From the human T2T-CHM13v2.0 reference genome, Homo sapiens, in NCBI RefSeq assembly GCF_009914755.1, contig NC_060930.1: DNA of 64,000 nucleotides. One strand, written 5' to 3'. Made by a program: the position numbers and the translations under genes. Below, in pieces: positions 56,078-64,000 of the stretch. Position 1 is the first letter of the stretch. Each line of letters starts with the position of its first letter. The notes under the pieces are model-generated. The model worked only from the letters and a program-made list of their open reading frames with translations, searched no databases and was not told the DNA's origin.

Positions 56078-57381
56078 TTAAAAATTTTATGGATGAAGAA
56101 ATAAAAATTTAAAGAGGCGAAATAATTATGCCATTGTAGAAGTTTAAAGTTTTAGCTTAAGACCTGTGTTTTGTGCCTATATACTCAATGGCTTGCAATT
56201 GTTCTGCAAGGTTTAATGATGTGGATTTAGAGCTATCTTTCAAGACCGAGAGCAAATTTCTAATAATCTCATAGGTAATCTCTAAATTCCCAATCCTTTT
56301 AACATTTCTTGATTCTCAGTGGATTTGCTGTTTTCCAGCGAAGTGTAGATCCAGAAAGCTGCCTTTATTTTATGCCTTCTCTGGCCTTAAAAATCAAGAT
56401 CCCACCTTCTTCTCCCTCTCCTTTCCTATCATGCTGGCAAAGCTGACACTGCAGATGCTCCTGGGCTGTGGACACATGCTTCGAAAGCGGGTTTAGAAAG
56501 GGAATCAAATGTGTCACCATGCCAGGTAACCATTTATCCCTCCTACTTTCATCAGGTTACAACCTGGTATCTGAGTCATGGTGGGGCTGAAGGCTCTGCA
56601 CCTAAGGCAGTGTTAGTTTAATAGAGCATATTGGGAAGTAGCTGTGGTGGGCACATTGAGAAGTGAAAGGCTGTGGGACATCTATGAAGGAATGGCCATA
56701 AGTAGTTAAATATCTTACATCTGACTTCCTTTGACCTTAAAAACCTATACCTGACTGGAGATTTCAATTACCTCCTGCCCTTCAAATCTTCAATAATGAG
56801 AAGCACTTAAAAAGTTTCCTTTATTCAACACCTCTTAATTGAGTAACACAGGCATAAATAGCATAGATGCAGTAGGGCCATAATATTCCATCAGGTGGCC
56901 TGCAACCCTGCTCCTCATAAGTGCAACAGCTCATCACTATCTCTGGGATTTGTTCATGTAATTCCTCCTCTGTTACTGATCTTTTTATTTTCAAACTTGG
57001 AAATGCATGTTTCAGTGTAAACAGCTTTTCACTCAAATCAGGAGATAAGAATATTTAAATATATATAGGAAAAATAAAAAATGTTATGGCAGTCTGCAGA
57101 TTCGAGATGTTTGGATTTTCCGTTCCATGCTGTTCATGTTCTCAAGCCCCCTCCCCCAAATCTCCACATCCCATTTGCACTCCTATATAACAGAACTCAG
57201 GATAATCAAGTTAATCCTTTCTTTTTTCTTGACACCAGTGATATTCGGAGGGCTGTCTCACCCCAACATTTTTTGAACTAAATATATAGAAGTTGTCACA
57301 TTTTGACCAATTGATCCTGAAACTCTAGCTTGGACCCAAGATTGGGATCTGAGTCAAGGGCAGCTGTGTGCTGGCCAGTAG

Positions 57382-57745
<364 letters not shown>

Positions 57746-58552
57746 TTGTGTGGAATTTCTTACAGAAGCTGTGCTTACATCAGATAGTGAGGAAATGAGC
57801 AACGGATATTTTCTCTCCTGGTGAATCTTTTCCAATCAGATTTGTTCTATTCTGGTAAGTCTGAATAGCAGATATACAAAAATCCTCACAGAGCTGAGTG
57901 GCACTGAAACAAAGACTGTCATCTGTAGCCGGCCATCAGTGGAACCGTAAGTGCAGTTGAGTTGCTCTAGAAAGTGATGCAGCAAGGAATTGAATCACAA
58001 GACCAGCTTTCTCTACATAGGGTACTGTGCTATCCCAGGACTCCAGGAGGCCGAGAAGTTTAAGATTTCCTGTGCTGCGTTTCTTGTTTATTCCTACAGC
58101 AAACACTCATGGCCTATGTCAACTTGAGAGTATCTTTTCTTCCTTAACAACCTGAAAAGACCCAATACACTATTAAATGTCTAACTGCTTAAAGTGCTGA
58201 ATGCAGATATGCTCAGACTTTCCCCTGAGCTATGCCAGGACAAGGTATTTTTTAACTTCACATGACAAGGGCTAATGATAGTGCTCTTTCTTGACTCATC
58301 TTTTGAACACTGCCAGAGCTGTAACCCAAGATTACAACCTTATTTTACCACAAGTTCAAGCACTGTGAATAAGAATTGCAGAGGCAAGGACAGAAAAAGC
58401 CACAGATATGGTTCTGGCTTGTGATGTCCTAGATTTCCCTTAAGTATATTAACTATTGCAAGATAAAGGTCAGCAGAATTGGAGAGATAAACCACAAAAT
58501 TATTAGATTTCAACTCTTATCATGGCAAGATTTAAGCCATAGGAACAAATAA

Positions 58553-58951
<399 letters not shown>

Positions 58952-59149
58952 TGATAGTAGATTTTATTTTATTTATTTTCAAAAGCATAAAAGATCTCCT
59001 GAATGCTATCAGTCTTCACAATATTCAGTCTGTATATTCCTTATCACACAACTAATAAAATTTTATTAATTGCACATAATGCTTTTATTCTCTATAAATG
59101 ATCTGAGGGAGGAAACTATGTCTTTATTGTTCCCTTCTGTATCTTCAAT

Positions 59150-59318
59150 AGCTGGCACTTAATTTGTGGGGTCCAGTGCAAAGTTGAAATATGTCCCCAA
59201 CTCAAAAATTATGAGAATTTTAAGACAACAACAGCAGAGCTTCAAAACAAATGCAGATCCCTTCTGAAGACAAGCCCTGTGCAACTGTACAGGTTTCATG
59301 CCTATGAAGTTGGTGTTG
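59150..59318 (-). mobile_element. MER45A-like hAT-Tip100 MITE within an L2 3' end
   Basis: TAATTTGTGGGGTCCAGTGCAAA...GCCCTGTGCAACTGTACAGG...ATGAAG. Confidence 0.75.
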
Positions 59319-60429
59319 CTAGCACATAATCGGCGTTCATTATTTATATGTTGACTTGAATGAGTTAGTGACTAAATATTCTGAATGAATATACTTTTTG
59401 TTCTGAAGACTAGAAGTGAAATACCTATAGGCAAGATTAGGTCTATAATACCAGATACTTTTTCAATAATCAATCTCAAACTTTCCTACTTTTAGTTCTG
59501 CTTTTTTCCCAATGGTCTAGAATATTGAAACCTGGTCAGTCTTAAGGAAATTGATTAACTTGACTGCTATCTTTCATTTCATTCTTGTTCATGCACAATC
59601 TCAATAATTTTGGTAGCACTATCTTCCAATTACTTTGGATGCATGAAGTTTAAACTCAGAAAGATCCAAATTAACACACAAAGAAATATAAGTTGATGTA
59701 TTTTAAAAATTATTATTATGCATATACTGCCTTAGTATCAATAATATTCAAATGACAGGATAGAAGAAAGTGCAGTTACTTGCAAAACTAGTGTACTTTG
59801 TATCTGGGAAGTCTCATATCACTGATAAAGACCAGACTACTTTGGAAAGAATAATAGCTTGAAGCTAAAATTTACTCAGTACTTCACAAAACAGTGACAA
59901 ATAAGTTTCTCCACTAACTCTCCTACAAAGTATTTTCCTTCAATTGAAGGTACACACTTGACTTTTTCCAGAAATGATCTTATTCTGGAGCTGTCAGAGG
60001 AAGCTTCTTATAAAATCTATATACCCACTTGTAGTAATATGCTAAATCAGTTCATGCAGGATGATGAGATTTTAAAAATAAGCTTCAATTCTGTTCCCTT
60101 ATAGTTTTTAACAAATTAATCTAACAATAAATCATGATGGTTTGCCTAAAGTAAGTTGCAGAAGACTTCTTTTTCTCCAGAGTCCAGTTTCTTATTGCAT
60201 GTTGGTCTCATGAGACTTTGGGTCTATTGCAAATGTTGTATCCATGTGAACTTTTTTTAATCCTTAAAGTTACTGAGTTTTATTTTTCTTCCTCAGTATT
60301 TCTTCAAAATGTATTGCAGGAGCGGAAACTACATGAATCATTCCAAATCTCTGCTTGCCTTCAATAGCATAATGGAAAGAGAACAATCTTTGAAGACAGG
60401 CAAACTTGTATTTGAATCTTTGTTTTGTC

Positions 60430-60610
60430 AGTTTCTTCCTGTGTTGCTTTGGAAAAGTTATATAATCTCGCTGAATCTCAGTTTTACCTTCTGAAAAATG
60501 AAGATGCTTCCCTTGCAATGTTTGTGGTAAAGATTCGTGATGATACAGGTGAATCGAATAACACATGATAAGCATTTAATACCTGGTAGATGTGATGATG
60601 ATTATGATGA
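60430..60610 (+). mobile_element. MIR
   Basis: CTGAATCTCAGTTTT...CTGAAAAATG...GTAAAGATT core. Confidence 0.7.
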
Positions 60611-60697
60611 TAAATTCTCTTTGTAGACCATTTTCCTTTCACAATTTTTTTTCCTTCATTTTCAGAGGAAGACATGCTCATCATAGAAGGCTAGTTT

Positions 60698-60851
60698 TAT
60701 ATATATATGTGTATATATATGTGCATATATATGTATATATATGTGCATATATATGTGTATATGTATATATGCACATATATATGTGTATATATGTATATAT
60801 ATATGTATATATGTATATATGTGCATATATATGTATATATGTATATATATA
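60698..60851. repeat. Alternating purine-pyrimidine (TA/TG/GC) microsatellite
   Basis: About 154 bp of uninterrupted RY alternation. Confidence 0.95.
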
Positions 60852-60974
60852 AATCTTAAGCAAAAAAAGTTATTCGCCATATTAAGATAACAATTTGAGA
60901 GATTTGTATTTTATGTTTTTTTGCATGAATCTTTTTTTCTTTACCCAGTTAAGATCATACTTAACAAATATATG

Positions 60975-61146
60975 TATTTTTTAAATTTAGAGACAGGGTC
61001 TTGCTATGTTCCCAGGCTGAAATGCAGTGGCTATTCACAGGTGTGATCATAGTGCACTGTAGCTTTGAACTCCTGGGCTCAAGCAATCTTTCTGCTTCAA
61101 CCTTCCAACTAGTTGGGACTACAGGCTCATGCCACTGTGCCTGGCT
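60975..61146 (-). mobile_element. FAM monomer
   Basis: GGCTATTCACAGGTGTGATC signature. Confidence 0.8.
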
Positions 61147-61300
61147 ATATCTTTTATTTTTTGCTTAACATTATATTATAAACATGTTCCCATATCATTA
61201 AAAATTCTGAATAAATACCAGTTCAACTGCTGCTGAATAGTCTGTTGAATGAATGTTTCATTTCAGTGACAAACACACAGGAAAGACCTAAATAATTATC

Positions 61301-61667
61301 TTTTTTTTTTTTTTTTGGTGACACAGTCTCACTCTATCACCTGGCTATATATATTATATCTTTTGACAAGGGGATATAATCTTTTTTCTTTCTTTTTTTC
61401 TTTTTCTCTGTCACCCGGGCCAGAGTGCAGTAGCACAATCTCGGCTCACTGCAACCTCCGCCTCCTGGGTTCAAGCGATTCTCCTACCGCAGCCTCCTGA
61501 GTAGCTGGGATTACAAGCATGTGCCACCACACCCGGCCAATTTTTATATTTGTAGTAGAGATGTTCACCATGTTGGTCAGGCTGGTCTTGAACTCCTGAC
61601 CTCATGATTCACCAGCCTCAGCCTCCCAAAGTGTTGGGATTACAGGCATGAGCCACCGTGCCCGGCC
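61301..61667 (-). mobile_element. AluS with a 64-bp non-Alu insertion
   Basis: Outer TSD TAAATAATTATCTTTT; insertion at 61342-61405. Confidence 0.9.
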
Positions 61668-62631
61668 TAAATAATTATCTTTTAAATGTTGTGGTGGTTT
61701 GAAAGAATAGGGAGCTTTTGACCTTACACTATCAGATACGGCTTCCTAATTCCCGGGCACTTTTTCTTCAGTGACCTCACCTTCAAGCAGCCTCTTAGAA
61801 CCAGTGAACAATAAAGTTGACTCTACCGACTATGCACACTCCCACACTAGAAAAAAACTACAGCCATTTAAACAAGGCCATGAGTGTTTCTGAAATGGCA
61901 TGTAGTCATTGGCAAGTTGACAGAAATAAAGGTGAAGGAGGCTTATAAAGATATAATCTGAAACATTCAGCCGTTTGACTTTTTGGGGCACAAGACTTTT
62001 AGAATTCAAAAGAACAAACAACAGAGAGAGAAAAGAATGTGTCTGGAGGAGCTTTGTGGCTGCTCTAGGATGGTAGGTGGAGAGACAGCAGCTTCTATTT
62101 GTTCAAGTCCATACAGGCGGCTTTTGGTGACAGAAACATAGATAAGACATTGGATTAGACCAGAAGTATAAAATTACTAAACCTTCGATAGTTTGAAAAT
62201 TGACAGCTGAATACAATGAAAAGTGTTACAATCATACATGTTGTTTGATACCAGAAATTAAGCCCTCATAGTTTAATATGTGTCAGTGAATAACAAGAAT
62301 GAGAAGTTTGCTTGCTGCTTCCACTGCCTGTGCTAACTGCCCTTTAAGATAAACTTGTATTGGTAGCAAAATAACAGATATCATAAGAAAGAATAATTGT
62401 CAGATTTAAAATCTTATTTTTAAATTAATTATTTACAAACAATGTTAAATAGTCTTGCTTTCTCCTTTGTGATGTGGGACTTTTTACAGGCGGGTGACAA
62501 AAGTAAGGGAAAATTGAGGCATCAGTTGCTAAATCAGAAAGCTGATCTTACTAACAAGTCTGAAAAGACAAATAATAGCAATTGATTTTATATGTAAAAA
62601 TGATTCTATTTGAATGTATCTCAATAGTGAC

Positions 62632-62927
62632 TTTGTTTTGTTTGAGGCAGAGTTTTGCTCTGTAGCTCAGTCTGGAGTACACTGGCACGATCACAGCTAC
62701 TGCAACCTCTGCCTCTCAGCCTCAAGCGATCCTCCTACCTCAGCCTCCTGAGTAGCTGGGACTACAGGTTCATACCACCATGCCCAGCTAATTTTTCGTA
62801 TTTTTTTGTAGAGACAGGATTTCAACCTGTTGCCCCGGCTGGCCTTGAACTCCTGGACTCAAGCAATCGACCTGTCTTGGACTCTCAGAGTGCTGGGATT
62901 ATAGGCCTGAGCCACTGCTCCCAGCAG
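62632..62927 (-). mobile_element. AluJ
   Basis: Diverged dimer. Confidence 0.9.
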
Positions 62928-63587
62928 GTAGTGGTTCTAATTTCATTGTAGCTTCATGTTTTCCAGGAAGGATAGTGTACCTCAGCAGCTAACTCTAGAG
63001 AGTAGGTAAAATTTTCCTGAAGAGATTTGGAAAGCTTTGAATCACATAAATTAATCAGAGCTTCAGTACTGATGCAAGCATTGATTGATACATTGGTGAC
63101 CTGCTATGTAGATTTTTATGGTAAGTGACTTCAATGACATCAACAATCTATTACTAACTTTAACTTGAGGCAGAATTTAAAATATGAAAACTATATCTGG
63201 GTTGGAAAGGAATTAATAGATAATTTAGTGATAATCTAATAGATAACTTATTGATGTAACTGGTAGTAAAGCTCTGGACTAGGAACTATGACTATGTGAC
63301 CAAAAGAAAAATAGTGTGATCAATAGAGAGAACCAACTTGGATAATTCAAGTTACTGAATAATTTTTTTTCCAAAGCCAAAATTTGGGTCAAAAATACTG
63401 TGACTGCTATAACCCTGTGTTTGAATGGAAACAAAATCTGATCTGGCAAAGCAGTAGCTTTTATTCACATCCAGCCTTAAATCAAATAATGGAATCAAAT
63501 CACCATTAAATCAAAGAACTATAAAACGTAGGACATTGTTGATCATCTAACCCAACGCTCTATTTTTATAGTTGACAAAATTGAGAA

Positions 63588-63895
63588 CTTTTTTTTTTTA
63601 ATTTTTATTACTTTTTTTGAGACAGTCTCGCTCTGTCACCCAGGCTGGAGTGCAGCGGCAAATCTCAGCTCACTGCAAGCTCTGCCTCCCGGGTTCAAGC
63701 AATTCTCCTGCTTCAGCCTTCAGAGTAGCTGGGACTATAGGCATGTGCTACCACGCCGGACTAATTTTTTGTATTTTAGTAGAGACGGGGCTTCATCGTG
63801 CTAGCCAGGCTGGTCTCAAACTCCTGACCTCATGATCCACCGGCCTTGGCTTCCCAAAGTGCTGGGATTACAGGCGTGGGCCACTGCGCCTGGCC
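63588..63895 (-). mobile_element. AluS
   Basis: Full dimer. Confidence 0.95.
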
Positions 63896-63926
63896 AAGAA
63901 CTATCTTATACTTTGAAAATTACCTC

Positions 63927-64000
63927 TGATTTGATTTGGCTGTGTCCCTACCCAAATCTCATCTTGAATTGTAGTTCCCATAATCCACACATGCTGTGGG
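63927..64000 (+). mobile_element. THE1 (MaLR) LTR 5' end, truncated by the window
   Basis: TGATTTGATTTGGCTGTGTCCCTACCCAAATCTCATCTTGAATTGTAG matches the THE1 LTR start. Confidence 0.85.

Noticed and set aside
56888-56901. CTCF-like CCATCAGGTGGCCT (also CCAAGAAATGGCAG at ~35559)
   Set aside because: Several mismatches to the core motif; not supportable without ChIP data.

Overview
This is primate (most likely human) genomic DNA. Bases 1-~780 match my recollection of the distal 3' UTR and poly(A) site of GJA1 (connexin 43, + strand), which places the rest as intergenic DNA downstream of GJA1 (6q22.31). No intact protein-coding region is supported; almost all listed ORFs are Alu or microsatellite artefacts. 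About 75 Alu elements or fragments cover roughly a third of the window, alongside old L1M/L2/MIR fragments, DNA-transposon MITEs, a MER4-family solo LTR and the start of a THE1 LTR. Manual reading of the minus strand reveals three retrocopies the ORF track misses or fragments. (1) A full-length RNU4-2-type U4 snRNA pseudogene (5030-5175). (2) An RBIS/C8orf59 processed pseudogene nested inside a Tigger4a MITE (~27305-28022). (3) A near full-length TFAM processed pseudogene (~28315-31075), split by four Alus, which keeps ancestral-mammal residues and appears to lack exon 3 precisely. Just upstream of the two protein retrocopies is a small CpG-retaining element with a consensus minus-strand intron, the best candidate for an undescribed transcription unit. 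Several unusual retrotransposition scars are also visible: a twin-primed mini-Alu, an L1 3' transduction, repeated target-site reuse and a spacer-less inverted Alu fusion. I found no convincing evidence of a wholly new biological system. All homology calls are from memory and need BLAST or RepeatMasker confirmation; repeat coordinates are approximate.
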